A DNA stretch of 63,823 nucleotides, filler included, from Octopus bimaculoides (lineage: Eukaryota): assembly GCF_001194135.2 (NCBI RefSeq). It is 5 parts of 5 records of this genome, joined end to end, with 100 filler letters (N's around TTAATTAATTAA, not from the genome) between each part and the next. Parts side by side here need not be neighbours in the genome. Positions count along the whole stretch, not along the records: positions 62,013 to 63,823 come from NW_026374485.1; 4 more parts are not named here. One strand, 5' to 3'. The position numbers were made by a program, and so were the translations under genes. Positions 63,091 through 63,823 of this stretch are shown piece after piece. Under the pieces are notes generated by a model. The model was not told the DNA's origin. It saw nothing but the letters and a program-made list of their open reading frames with translations, and ran no database searches. Every line of letters starts with the position of its first letter. The stretch's first letter is position 1.

Positions 63091-63224
63091 TATATATATA
63101 TATATATGGTAAATGAAAGAGCGAAGATGGAATGTATGAGAATTTTTATTCATCACAACAATTGTTTCGGCACATTAAACATTGATCCCTCGTGGGTGGT
63201 TCAGGAGTATCCAGTGGTAAAGAT

Positions 63225-63780
63225 ATGTCTCTCCTGCAGCTGTCTTACCAGAAATATAACAGCAGTGGTGCTTCTGCCTGGCACAAAAGCAAACTGCATC
63301 TCACCTAGGCTAAATCTCTCTCCCTAATTACTTGGGCTATGACCCTCTCTGTGACTTTCATCATCTGATTAAACAATTTGATAGTTCTGTAGTTATTCCT
63401 ATCTAAGGTTTCACCTTTACCTTTGTAGCAGTTTGACTATGGTGCTGTTACACCAGTCATTGGGTATGACTCCTTCATGTACCACCTGGTTAATAATATG
63501 GGTGACTAGACTATAGACTACACTGCCAGATATTTTGGCATCTTAGCTGTGATTCCTGATGGGTTGGGCTTTCCGTGTCTTCGTACCCTTAATTGCTTTA
63601 TCTACTGAGGTACTGTCAATTCAGATAGCTGGTCCCTCTGTTGGGTCGACATTTGGCAGACTCTCTTTCTCCCATTCATTCTCTTCATTTAGTAACCTTT
63701 CATTGTGGCGTTTCTAAGTCTCTCTCTTTGCAGCCTCATCAAGTGCAAGTGAGCCATCAGTCTCTTTCTTTGCTGCACAC
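63225..63780 (-). mobile_element. RTE RT N-terminal fragment
   Basis: KAQPIRNHS..DWCNSTIVKLLQR..LDRNNYRTIKLFNQMMKVTERV..MQFAFVPGRSTTAVIFLVRQLQE. Confidence 0.85.
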
Positions 63781-63823
63781 ACACACATGCATGCATACAT
63801 ACATACATACATACATACATACA

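Noticed and set aside
1-63823. CRISPR arrays, prokaryotic operons, rRNA genes, intact host genes
   Set aside because: There are no regularly spaced repeat-spacer units, no rRNA similarity and no multi-exon or long clean ORF.

Overview
AT-rich, repeat-dominated eukaryotic DNA with many N gaps and four artificial 100-bp scaffold joins (44 N + TTAATTAATTAA + 44 N). The repeat set and (TA)n/(CA)n/(AAT)n density suggest an octopus-like cephalopod genome; this is inferred from recalled repeat families, not a database hit. I can support no intact host gene. Most listed ORFs are microsatellite or N-run artefacts; the rest are decayed transposon fragments. These fragments include several tRNA-derived SINE families and RTE, CR1, Tx1-like and CRE-like non-LTR retrotransposons. 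Also present are Penelope-like elements (PLEs), a maT/mariner transposase, Tigger-, piggyBac- and 8-bp-TSD MITEs, a Helitron helicase remnant and a possible solo LTR. The most notable signal is a set of minimal type I hammerhead ribozyme (HHR) motifs from at least four unrelated small non-coding elements. One is a tRNA-headed (Pol III-type) SINE ending in a PLE-type HHR; it also occurs as a fused head-to-head pair abutting a PLE GIY-YIG fragment. CpG content also drops sharply after about 39.5 kb. All alignments and translations were done by eye, and coordinates of decayed elements are approximate.
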